14,577 bases of DNA from positions 1 to 14,577 of the forward strand of contig JBIJBT010000071.1 in the NCBI GenBank assembly GCA_044345055.1. Direction: 5' to 3'. The translations under genes and the position numbers were made by a program. Source of the DNA: Bdellovibrionota bacterium (GTDB taxonomy: Bacteria; Bdellovibrionota_C; UBA2361; OMIW01). The notes under the pieces are model-generated. The model worked only from the letters and a program-made list of their open reading frames with translations. It was not told the origin of the DNA and searched no databases. Positions 6,673 through 14,577 of the stretch are shown here, piece after piece; positions within the stretch are counted from its first letter, which is position 1; the number at the start of each line of letters is the position of its first letter.

Positions 6673-9636
6673 TTACTCAAGCGAAGCAGCAACCTCTTCG
6701 ATCTCATACACATCTATCGAATCACCGACCTTGAGATCGTTGAAGGAATCTACACTCATACCGCACTCATAGCCACTTTGCACCTGCCGTACATCTTCTT
6801 TAAAGCGGCGCAAGCTTCCTACTTTACCCTCGTACATCACCGCGCTATCACGCAGTACTCGGACAAACGCACCTCGCCGAACGGTACCATCAGATACAAA
6901 GCAGCCCGCCACGGTACCGATCTTCGGAACCGTAAAAGTGTCTCTGACCTCAAGACGACCAAGATGTCGCTCTTTCTTAATCGGCGCAAGAAGACCGACC
7001 ATCGCCTTCTTCACATCATCGAGGAGTTCATAAATTACTCGGTAGAAACGAACCTCGATTCGATGAGATTCAGCATCAGCTAGAGCTCTAGGCTCTCCAC
7101 GAACACCAAACCCAACGATAACGGCTTTCGACGCAATAGCGAGCTGAACGTCATTCTCAGTTACGCCGCCAACACCTGAGTGAAGTACCCGGACCTTGAC
7201 CTTCGGTGTCGAGAGCTGTTCCACCGAGGCACGCACCGCCTCAAGAGATCCGATAACATCAGCCTTAATGACCAGGTTGAGTTCAGCAGGTGCCAGATTA
7301 TTAGCTCGCCGCGCAAACTCTTCAAGACTTATCGGACCCGATGCAAGTGCTCGTTCAGCGAGCGCTATCTTCTCAGCCCGATTACTTGCGACTTCACGTG
7401 CAATCGCTTCAGATTCAACAACAATAAAGTCATCCCCAGCGACCGGCATTCCATCGAGCCCCGTAATCTCCACTGGAGTTGATGGAGGAGCTACCTCAAT
7501 CTTATCCCCTCGATGGTCTAACATCGTTCGGACTCGCCCCGAACACTGCCCAACTACATATATATCCCCGACCCGCAGCGTTCCTGTCTGAACCAATACA
7601 GTTGCGACGATACCACGACCTCTATCCTGGCGCGCCTCGACAACCGTACCCTTTGCACGTCGCTCAGGGTTCGCCTTTAACTCCTTGATCTCAGCGAGAA
7701 GAAGAATCCCCTCAAGAAGCTCAGGAACCCCATTACGCGAGAGAGCTGAAACCGGGAAGAACATAGTGTCTCCACCCCAATCCTCCGGTTGTAGGCCCTG
7801 CTCCACAAGTTGCTGCTTGACCTTATCAGGATTAGCATCGTGCTTATCCATCTTATTGACCGCAACAACGATCGGAACATTCGCGGCCTTCGCATGATTT
7901 ATCGCTTCAATTGTCTGCGGCATCACCCCATCATCTGCAGCAACAACGAGAACAACGATGTCGGTGCAATCCGCTCCTCGCGCTCTCATCGCCGTAAATG
8001 CGGCGTGACCAGGTGTGTCGATGAAAGTGATTGTTCGCTCATCATCAACGGCAACGCTATACGCTCCGATATGCTGGGTTATACCGCCAGCTTCGCGAGC
8101 GGCGACGGATGTTTTACGAATAGCATCGAGCAGCGATGTTTTTCCGTGGTCAACGTGGCCCATCACCGTAACAATCGGCGGCCGACTTGCAAGGCTACCC
8201 TCATCATCGGCACCCTCTTCCACAAGAAACTGATCTTCATCAAATGAAGTAGACTCCACTTCATAGCCAAAATCATCGATGATTATCAACGCCGTATCTT
8301 TATCGATAACCTGATTGATCGTCGCAAGAATACCAAGCTGCATGAGCCGGGAGATGACCTCCCCAGCCTTCAAACTCATCTGCCGGGCAAGTTCACCAAC
8401 AGATATACTCTCTCCCAATTTAACAGCACGCTTCCCAACTTTCTGGGCCTTTTGATCTTCCTGGTATTGCTGCTTATGAGAATCTTTTCGATCCTTACCC
8501 CCACCTTTTGATGAGCCTTTCCGAGCTTCGCGACCGTCATAATCTACAAGATCGCCCCGAGAAAATTCGCGCTTGCGGGTCGGGCCTTTTCGCTTTGCAC
8601 CCTTCTTAGCATCACTCTCCTCTTCCTCCTCGACGACCGCTACTCCAGCGACCACTCCAAGTCTCCGAGGTGCCACCTCTTTACCATCCTGTTCGGTACG
8701 AACCACCCTTTTTTGTGGCAGCTCAATCCGACCAAGAACACGCGGTCCAGCTCGGCGCTCTTCAGTAATTATCACCTCTGTCGGTCCAGTTCGGCTCGGT
8801 GTTATAGACTGGGGTACAACCTTATTCGTCTCCACTGCATGTTGAACCGCAGCAGACTGAATTGGAGCAGTCGGAGCCACTATCGTCTGCTCAGGTATTT
8901 CCGGTTGGATCTCAGGAGTTGGCCGTTGGGCTTCCTGTAATACTTCCTCTTGAACCTCTTGTTGAACTTCCAGCGGGACCTCCTCCACGACCGGCTCCTC
9001 AACTCCTGGTTCTTCGACTACAACCTGATGCTCAATTTCTGTTTCAACTTCCTCAGACTCCTCCGCGAGGGTAGCTGAAACAATCCCACCCTGATAAGCA
9101 GGAACCTCGACAGGAGCTGCATGAGGGATTCGTCCTGCCTCAATCACTCGATCAACATCTTGGATCGGAAAAGCCACAGCGCTCGGCGAACTGGCGGCCG
9201 ATAGCGCTTCATCTACCCGATCATGCTCGACGACCGCCATCGGCGATGAAACATTTTGAGTGAAAGACGCGACCGCTCCAGCGTCTGCACGACTGGCCAC
9301 TCCACCCTCAAGATCATCTCGTGCCCCACCCTGCTTCCGTCGCAAGATGACGTTTCCTTGGCGTCGCTCGAAGACTTTCTCCTGAGCCCCTGTTGACCTG
9401 TCGGTTCGCACCATTACCGTCTCTCTTGTTACAGATTTAGCTTCGACGGCTTGAGATGAGGATCCACCCATCGCCTCTCGTATCAAAGCTCGCCGAATCG
9501 CATCCGCCTCTTCCGCCTCGAGCGAATTGGAATGAGATGTCTTTGGGGGAGCGCCCATTTCTATCGCTTTAGCGATAACGACACGGTTATCTACCCCAAG
9601 CTCCCGCGCCAATTCATAAATTCGTATCTTCGACAT
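6673..9636 (-). CDS. infB: Translation initiation factor IF-2 (987 aa)
   Basis: N-terminal [11 protein letters not shown], second IF2_N-like [10 protein letters not shown], GTPase motifs [13 protein letters not shown] and NKMD, and C-terminal [15 protein letters not shown]. Confidence 0.99.
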   Translation of the reverse strand: MSKIRIYELARELGVDNRVVIAKAIEMGAPPKTSHSNSLEAEEADAIRRALIREAMGGSSSQAVEAKSVTRETVMVRTDRSTGAQEKVFERRQGNVILRRKQGGARDDLEGGVASRADAGAVASFTQNVSSPMAVVEHDRVDEALSAASSPSAVAFPIQDVDRVIEAGRIPHAAPVEVPAYQGGIVSATLAEESEEVETEIEHQVVVEEPGVEEPVVEEVPLEVQQEVQEEVLQEAQRPTPEIQPEIPEQTIVAPTAPIQSAAVQHAVETNKVVPQSITPSRTGPTEVIITEERRAGPRVLGRIELPQKRVVRTEQDGKEVAPRRLGVVAGVAVVEEEEESDAKKGAKRKGPTRKREFSRGDLVDYDGREARKGSSKGGGKDRKDSHKQQYQEDQKAQKVGKRAVKLGESISVGELARQMSLKAGEVISRLMQLGILATINQVIDKDTALIIIDDFGYEVESTSFDEDQFLVEEGADDEGSLASRPPIVTVMGHVDHGKTSLLDAIRKTSVAAREAGGITQHIGAYSVAVDDERTITFIDTPGHAAFTAMRARGADCTDIVVLVVAADDGVMPQTIEAINHAKAANVPIVVAVNKMDKHDANPDKVKQQLVEQGLQPEDWGGDTMFFPVSALSRNGVPELLEGILLLAEIKELKANPERRAKGTVVEARQDRGRGIVATVLVQTGTLRVGDIYVVGQCSGRVRTMLDHRGDKIEVAPPSTPVEITGLDGMPVAGDDFIVVESEAIAREVASNRAEKIALAERALASGPISLEEFARRANNLAPAELNLVIKADVIGSLEAVRASVEQLSTPKVKVRVLHSGVGGVTENDVQLAIASKAVIVGFGVRGEPRALADAESHRIEVRFYRVIYELLDDVKKAMVGLLAPIKKERHLGRLEVRDTFTVPKIGTVAGCFVSDGTVRRGAFVRVLRDSAVMYEGKVGSLRRFKEDVRQVQSGYECGMSVDSFNDLKVGDSIDVYEIEEVAASLE

Positions 9637-9958
9637 GCTCTTCCTTCCTCACACTCCTCATGCGGAGCTCCTCAAGAACACTCTCAAGGCTTGTCTTGCG
9701 CACAGCGGCCCGATTCACCCTGAACGCATACTCCCACCGTTTAATCTCTTTCTCCGCCCGAGCAATGCACTCTCGCCGAGCATGAAGGTAAGCCCCCCTA
9801 CCGCCCGCCCTATGACGGGGATCTTCCTGAACGGCTCCCTCTCGTAATACGAGCCGAATCAGCTCACCTTTCGGACTGCTCACTCGACACCCAACACACC
9901 GACGGAGCGATGCCTTGGTCTGCTCTTCTATTCTCTGTTCCGTTTTTTGTTTACTCAA
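9614..9958 (-). CDS. ylxR: YlxR/DUF448 family RNA-binding protein (RnpM-like)
   Basis: RRCVGCR..PKGELIRLV and GRGAYLH...EC motifs. Lies between nusA and infB, starts with TTG, and overlaps the infB start by 23 nt. Confidence 0.9.
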   Translation of the reverse strand: MSKQKTEQRIEEQTKASLRRCVGCRVSSPKGELIRLVLREGAVQEDPRHRAGGRGAYLHARRECIARAEKEIKRWEYAFRVNRAAVRKTSLESVLEELRMRSVRKEEHVEDTNL

Positions 9959-10057
9959 ACTACTGCAACCTTTCCGTTCGAGAATTACGCTACTCTATCG
10001 CTCCATGGTTATAACCTAAACGGCCATCCAAAGAGCGACTCTAGCGAGCGATCTGCT

Positions 10058-11530
10058 TTAAGCCCGATCTCCGGATTGGTTACGAAGGAAGCGATCAGCC
10101 GCCTCGCGAACAGCACTCGCTGCCTCTTCGTCTACTCCTTCTATATCGAGAAGTTCCTCGATATCGCTCATTACGATACTTTGAATCGTCGTCAAACCAG
10201 CACGCTGCAGCTGACCACGAATAACGGGATCGAGCCCAAGCTTGTAAAGGTCACCAACGAGCGGACCATCGGGGGAATCGTCGAATTCATGGTCCGACGC
10301 ATACTTACGTGCTGCCGAGAGAATTTCTTCGGCTCGCTCCCGAGATACACCTTCTATCTCCATAAGGTCTTCAGCGATCGCCTCAGCAACCTCGATAACA
10401 CTGCGGTACCCCTGCTGATACAATCGCTCAGCATCGGTGAAATCGACCCCAGGAATTGATTCGAGCGACTGACGTGCTCTCTTAGCCTGCTCTTCAGCGA
10501 CGGACACACTCCTTACATCGAGCTTCCATCCTGTCAATCTGCTCGCCAATTTTACATTCTGACCTCGACGACCGATCGCCAACGAAAGTTGATCGTCGTT
10601 GACGATGACCTCCATCGAGTGATTATCCTCATCAACCAGAACGCGGCTCACTTCAGCAGGGGCCAATGCTCGCGCAACAAACGATGGCTCATCTGGAGTC
10701 CACGGAATAATGTCGACTCGCTCTCCCTTTAATTCATCCACAACATTGCGAACCCTGGAGCCTTTAACCCCAACACACGCCCCTACTGGGTCAAGATTAT
10801 GGTCGGAGGAAATCACCGCTATCTTCGCTCTTTCACCCGGCTCACGAGCAGCCGCCTTGATCTCAATCGTCTTATCGGCAATCTCAGGAACTTCAGTTTC
10901 AAAAAGCTTCTTTAGAAAATCGGGGTGGCTTCTGGTCAGAATAATCTGAGGACCACGCGCCGATCTGTCGATGTCGAGGATCATGCTTCGGATACGATCG
11001 CCCTGTCGATATTTCTCGCGCTGAATCTGCTCTCGCTTCGGAAGAATCGCCTCAGTTCGACCTAGGTGAACGATCAAATTTCCCCGATCGTATCTCTGAA
11101 CAATCCCATTAATAAGGTCGCCTTTAGAGTTTTTGTACTCCTCAAATATCACACCCCGTTCTGCATCACGCAGCTTCTGCATGATAACCTGCTTTGCAGA
11201 TTGTGCTGAGATGCGACCCAACCCCTCTGTTGACAATTTCTTACCAAATTCATCGCCAACCATGGCATCGGGATCGTACGACCGCCGTGCTTCATCAAGA
11301 GAAATTTCGGTACCGGGATCAATTACGGTATCAACGACCGTCTTAAATTGAACAACCTCTATCTCACCGGAGTCCTCATTGAAGGAGGTCTCAAGGTTTA
11401 AATTGTGGCCAAAGTGTTTCCGCGCTGCTGAAAGCATCGCAGATTCTATCGCCTCGATTAAGATCGCCTTATCGATCCCCTTGTCTCTCCCAAGCTGTCC
11501 CAGGATGGCATTCAAATCAACGCTTGACAT
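10058..11530 (-). CDS. nusA: Transcription termination/antitermination factor NusA (NTD-S1-KH-KH plus two acidic helix-hairpin-helix-like repeats)
   Basis: LGRISAQSAKQVI.QKLR.AER, LFETEVPEI, AREPGERAKIAV, DPVGACVGVKGSRV, QLSLAIGRRGQNVKLASRLTGW. Confidence 0.99.
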   Translation of the reverse strand: MSSVDLNAILGQLGRDKGIDKAILIEAIESAMLSAARKHFGHNLNLETSFNEDSGEIEVVQFKTVVDTVIDPGTEISLDEARRSYDPDAMVGDEFGKKLSTEGLGRISAQSAKQVIMQKLRDAERGVIFEEYKNSKGDLINGIVQRYDRGNLIVHLGRTEAILPKREQIQREKYRQGDRIRSMILDIDRSARGPQIILTRSHPDFLKKLFETEVPEIADKTIEIKAAAREPGERAKIAVISSDHNLDPVGACVGVKGSRVRNVVDELKGERVDIIPWTPDEPSFVARALAPAEVSRVLVDEDNHSMEVIVNDDQLSLAIGRRGQNVKLASRLTGWKLDVRSVSVAEEQAKRARQSLESIPGVDFTDAERLYQQGYRSVIEVAEAIAEDLMEIEGVSRERAEEILSAARKYASDHEFDDSPDGPLVGDLYKLGLDPVIRGQLQRAGLTTIQSIVMSDIEELLDIEGVDEEAASAVREAADRFLRNQSGDRA

Positions 11531-11640
11531 ACCTAAATCTCACCGAACAATACGCTCTTTCTTGTGGGTTACTCCACTCTCAAACATCTCACTTTCGACA
11601 CCCATCTTGAGTGCCGTTACGCTTTTCTTAACGGGTAAGT

Positions 11641-11667
11641 AAAAAAGAGCTACCTGTTTGCTCCCCC
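11641..11667 (-). terminator. Weak intrinsic terminator-like hairpin between rimP and nusA
   Basis: One nt after the rimP TAA the minus strand reads GGGGGAGC-AAACAGGTA-GCTC-TTTTTT: a 4-bp Watson-Crick core extendable by G-U pairs, a 9-nt loop and U6. Confidence 0.5.
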
Positions 11668-11668
11668 G

Positions 11669-12349
11669 TTACCGCGTCTTACCTCCACCCATGTCGAACG
11701 GAAAATCCACACGGGCCTCTTTAACATCACTAATTGCAACGAAAATTACTCTTTTTCGCGCTTCATCGACCATCTTCAGAGCATCAGAAGTTACCTCCTG
11801 AAGGACGCCACGAATTACTCCGGCGCCGAACGTCTGCGCCCCCTCGTTGGAAGGCGTAGATACTTTATTTCGAGCTACGATCTGGTCTCCGGTTTCATCA
11901 TCTCGATATTTCTGCGCCGAAATCCGAATCCGTTCCCCAATAGCTCCCCTGAGTTGGACCACGGAGCGAATGGCTCGGTTTATTCCAGGGCTTGAAACCT
12001 CAAGGGTAGCGGACCCTGGAAGCAGCTCTTCAACCCGTTCACTATCAAGAACCAGTCGGGCGAGTCGATTACAATCGTCGTGTCCAATCTCTGAAGAAGA
12101 TGAAACACGGGGAGCAATAAGCACCTGCACTACTCCGGAACGACCAGGAGGAAATACAACATCGTACAGAGAGACCGCCGCTTCCTCCGCAAGTTCCCTA
12201 AGGAGCACCACACGGGTGTCGGACTCGTCGAGCACCTCTAAAGGCAATCCTCGCTTCGAGCCCAGAGCTCTCTCTTCCCGAGAAGATTCGATCTTCGATT
12301 CTTCCACACGCTGCTCAATTTCGTCACACTGTTGGAATTCGTCCGTCAT
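11669..12349 (-). CDS. rimP: Ribosome maturation factor RimP (divergent; start uncertain, ATG 12349 or GTG 12370)
   Basis: HDDCNRLARLVLD and TLEVSSPGINR motifs, a C-terminal Sm-like segment ending DVKEARV, and canonical position upstream of nusA. Confidence 0.9.
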   Translation of the reverse strand: MTDEFQQCDEIEQRVEESKIESSREERALGSKRGLPLEVLDESDTRVVLLRELAEEAAVSLYDVVFPPGRSGVVQVLIAPRVSSSSEIGHDDCNRLARLVLDSERVEELLPGSATLEVSSPGINRAIRSVVQLRGAIGERIRISAQKYRDDETGDQIVARNKVSTPSNEGAQTFGAGVIRGVLQEVTSDALKMVDEARKRVIFVAISDVKEARVDFPFDMGGGKTR

Positions 12350-12436
12350 TACCTCTACCGCCGACAACACCGCTTCTTATCAACGATTGTTTTTACCGCA
12401 AGACTTAAATTGTTGGCACGAAAGTGCCCCTCCACA

Positions 12437-12478
12437 CGCAGAGCTAAACGAAAGCGCAGAGCTAAACGAAAGCTCTGC
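12437..12478. repeat. 18-bp tandem duplication (CGCAGAGCTAAACGAAAG x2) overlapping an 8-bp inverted repeat
   Basis: Copies at 12437-12454 and 12455-12472. GCAGAGCT (12456-12463 or 12438-12445) is the reverse complement of AGCTCTGC (12471-12478). Confidence 0.95.
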
Positions 12479-12578
12479 ATGAGAGCCGTATCGGTTTAAA
12501 TCCGTTGTCGGGGAAGAATGAAGCGACGTTCGGAGGTCAAGCGACAGGAGCGCACGCAAATGCGCTGGCAACATCGTA

Positions 12579-12660
12579 GCCAACCTTGCCTCCCTTTGCA
12601 AGCTCGCTCACCTCTTTTTAGAGCTTCAGAGAGAGAGCCAAAAATCCCTGCAAAGTTGGC
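12579..12660 (-). other. Long interrupted stem-loop just after the DUF3108-like stop codon
   Basis: Minus strand outer stem GCCAACTTTGC / GCAAGGTTGGC (11 bp with one G-U), inner stem GGCTCTCTC / GAGCGAGCT, apical CTCT-AAAA-AGAG. No U-tract follows. Confidence 0.5.
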
Positions 12661-12666
12661 AACCTA

Positions 12667-13572
12667 TTACAATTTGGTCTTATCGAGATCTTTTGTCTCT
12701 GCAATCACCCGAATTTCCCGCAGATCTGGACGAATCAGTGGTGTAAAACTCTGCAATCGCGTCCGTACGGTTCCGATAAAGACCTCACTCTCTATCAATA
12801 AAATATCGCGTGCTCGATCGTCTGAAAGATATATCCGAGCCTCTCGCAGCTTTTTTGCCTGATTTGGATTTACCAGGTTCTGAACCCGGGGGACGATCAT
12901 AATGGCGTCTCGATGAGCTCCCTCTGCCTCGACCTTAGTCTTTTTAACGGCGGTTAGGTGAATTAAGTATCGACTTTTTCCATTAAAGATATCAAAAGTT
13001 CGGAGCTCGCCAATTTTCCAAGGCTGACTACGAGCGAGAAAAGCGGCAGAAACTGGGTCCAGAGTGTCGTTCTTCGAGAATAAACGAACTCGCTTAATTT
13101 CTCTCTTATCCCGTTGAACGCGAACCGCACTAATCTCACCGCCCTCCCCGAATGCTACTCTTAACTCCTTTTCACGAGAGTTTTCCCGCTGTTGAACGCT
13201 ATATACATCAGGCACAAAGGTAGCTCGATTCATCAACGTCTCAGCCCGAAATCGTAGTTTGTAAAAGATATCGATCGGGCTAAATGTTTTGGCAGTATTT
13301 ACAACAAGAATACGGGAGGCGATTCCTGCACCCGCCGCCGGACCCTGCTCAGAAACCGAAACCGATGCTTCGGCAGCGGGTATACCTTGCCAACTTATTA
13401 CGTAGGTGTACGTTCCTTCCCGAAGATCGAAGGTATCAAAAGAGGGAAGATAGCGAGTCGTAGAGACAGGAGCAGTAACGAGCTCCTCCCACGATTGTGC
13501 TAAAGCGTGTCCCGCAGAAAAAAGCGGCGACACCAAAAGCATCATCAGGAGCGAAAAAAAATGCCTCGGCAC
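12667..13572 (-). CDS. DUF3108-like exported protein with Sec signal peptide (~301 aa)
   Basis: The pattern Y.ISWQGIPAAEA, DPVSAAFLAR, G...FDIFNGK, IYLSDD..R....IES..FIGTV...L resembles DUF3108 (recognised by eye). Start moved from 13674 to GTG 13572: AAGGA lies 6 nt upstream and the product then begins with PRHFFSLLMMLLVSPLFSAGHALA|QS, an AxA signal peptidase I site. Confidence 0.75.
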   Translation of the reverse strand: MPRHFFSLLMMLLVSPLFSAGHALAQSWEELVTAPVSTTRYLPSFDTFDLREGTYTYVISWQGIPAAEASVSVSEQGPAAGAGIASRILVVNTAKTFSPIDIFYKLRFRAETLMNRATFVPDVYSVQQRENSREKELRVAFGEGGEISAVRVQRDKREIKRVRLFSKNDTLDPVSAAFLARSQPWKIGELRTFDIFNGKSRYLIHLTAVKKTKVEAEGAHRDAIMIVPRVQNLVNPNQAKKLREARIYLSDDRARDILLIESEVFIGTVRTRLQSFTPLIRPDLREIRVIAETKDLDKTKL

Positions 13573-13905
13573 TGTATGTCCTTGATTAGAGAAAAAATCG
13601 GGTCTATCTCGAAAGCTCACCGATTTAAATGTTCTTAGGTGAACTGATTTTATCGTTTTTTGCCTCTCTACCACAAAAACAGTATAACCAGTTGTCGGTT
13701 CTACACCAGAGTGCTCGCTTTACAGTATATCGCAAGTCCTATTACATGGTGCAGATATTTGATATTACTGCCGATTTTTAATCACTCTCGACTACTGGAG
13801 AGCTGTGTCCTTAATTAGGCGCACAAAATACATCTGCCCCTTTAACAAGTCTTATCAGGTTTTGGGGCAGCTTCACTGAATGAATTCTAACGGAGGTACC
13901 TCTTC

Positions 13906-14577
13906 ATGGTGTGGCTCCATACCATCTCATTTAATCTTGTATTTTTTACAATACTGGTTGGGTTCCATCCCTTTCTTGCATTTGCAGGAGCGCTCTCTCG
14001 CGACCGGTTTTGGCGGGTTTTTATCTGGCTTAATCGAGCACTGGTCTGGAATCTGCGGTGGTTTGGAGGAACCCGAATCGAAATAGAGGGAATTGAGAAT
14101 ATACCCCAGGATGATAGGCCTCTACTAATAGTGGCGAACCACCAGAGTATGTTCGATATTCCGCTCCTTATTGCGACTTTCTGGCCGCGTCGAACCCGAT
14201 TTATCGCCAAACAGGAGCTTGCAAAGGGGTCGCCAAGCGTATCAATTGGTCTAAGACTCTCTCAGGCAGCTTTGATTAATCGCTCCGATCGTCGACAGGC
14301 TATTCGCGAAATAAGGGCGTTTTCTCAATCAATTCGTGAAACAAATGGGACGGCCTGCATTTTTCCTGAGGGCACTCGGGGCAAAACTGGTGTAATGAAG
14401 CCATTTAAGCCGGTCGGAGTGGCGACATTTTTGAAAGAGGTTCCCTCTGCCATGGTTTCGCCAGTGGCAATTCATGGATCGTGGTTCATAGTGAAAAATA
14501 AGCTGTGGCCGTTCGAGTCCAGACAAACAATAAAAATAACGGTACTACCCCCGATTAACGCTGAAGGGGCAAATCCA
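13906..14577 (+). CDS. plsC: 1-acyl-sn-glycerol-3-phosphate acyltransferase family (PlsC-like), 3'-truncated; absent from the ORF track
   Basis: Manual translation of frame 1: MVWLHTISFNLVFFTILVGFHPFLAFAG (hydrophobic N-terminus) ... EGIENIP..RPLLIVANHQSMFDI (HX4D) ... FIAKQEL ... INR ... IFPEGTR ... PFK ... PVAIHG. Open to the window end. SD GGAGGT (13892-13897) lies 8 nt before the ATG, with an in-frame TAA at 13888-13890 upstream. Confidence 0.9.
   Translation, partial: MVWLHTISFNLVFFTILVGFHPFLAFAGALSRDRFWRVFIWLNRALVWNLRWFGGTRIEIEGIENIPQDDRPLLIVANHQSMFDIPLLIATFWPRRTRFIAKQELAKGSPSVSIGLRLSQAALINRSDRRQAIREIRAFSQSIRETNGTACIFPEGTRGKTGVMKPFKPVGVATFLKEVPSAMVSPVAIHGSWFIVKNKLWPFESRQTIKITVLPPINAEGANP

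Noticed and set aside
6514..8247. Plus-strand ORFs of 100-189 aa antisense to infB/rbfA (6514-7083, 7180-7482, 7196-7591, 7810-8247)
   Set aside because: Shadow frames of highly conserved genes with no recognisable motifs.
8887..9063. Glu/Val/Pro/Gln-rich degenerate repeats in the IF2 N-terminal region ([26 protein letters not shown])
   Set aside because: Low-complexity linkers are normal in long IF2 proteins; no exact nucleotide array is present.
10007..10016. Palindrome GGTTATAACC in the nusA-ylxR spacer
   Set aside because: A lone 10-bp palindrome is expected by chance in a window of this size, and nothing else supports it.
9947..10459. 170-aa plus-strand ORF
   Set aside because: Antisense to the nusA 3' end with no protein-family features.
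12374..12401. Possible sigma-70 promoter for rimP on the minus strand (TTGCGG-N16-TAAGAA with TG extension)
   Set aside because: Lacks the conserved last T of the -10 box and has a weak -35; cannot be supported without TSS data.
11847..12482. 211-aa plus-strand ORF ending in an AELNES repeat
   Set aside because: Antisense shadow of rimP; the peptide repeat is just the 18-bp duplication read in frame.
12371..12666. tRNA (metY-like), CRISPR array or 73-aa leader ORF (12380-12601) in the spacer upstream of rimP
   Set aside because: No cloverleaf or T-loop/CCA pattern; the repeat has two adjacent copies and no spacers; the ORF has no ATG start at its annotated position and an unprotein-like composition.
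13573..13674. 34-aa N-terminal extension of the DUF3108-like ORF in the track
   Set aside because: It would bury the signal peptide; GTG 13572 has a well-spaced AAGGA.
13681..13729. Two minus-strand TATACT hexamers (13681-13686, 13724-13729) as -10 boxes for the DUF3108-like gene
   Set aside because: Neither has a convincing -35 or a properly placed TG extension; plausible but unsupported.
13880..14526. Track ORFs 13880-14086 (+), 13887-14210 (-) and 14329-14526 (-)
   Set aside because: All overlap the motif-bearing PlsC frame that starts at 13906.

Overview
Bacterial core-genome region with no mobile elements, RNA genes or CRISPR. Most of it is one long minus-strand gene string: rimP-nusA-ylxR(rnpM)-infB-rbfA-nrnA(DHH)-truB-purA-[receiver domain::lpxC fusion]-gmhA. 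It converges on a 5'-truncated galE at the left edge. On the right are a secreted DUF3108-like gene and a divergent, 3'-truncated PlsC-type acyltransferase that the ORF track missed. The gene order and proteins suggest a deltaproteobacteria-like Gram-negative lineage (inference). The standout is a single uninterrupted ORF joining an intact NtrC/NtrX-type phospho-receiver domain to a catalytically intact LpxC. This suggests that two-component signalling directly controls the committed step of lipid A synthesis; no cognate kinase is present in the window. Secondary observations: LPS and purine genes appended to the nusA-infB operon, a weak terminator with competing pairings between rimP and nusA, a structured spacer upstream of rimP containing an 18-bp duplication, a 9-12-9 direct repeat before purA, and substitutions at conserved positions in PurA, GalE and TruB.
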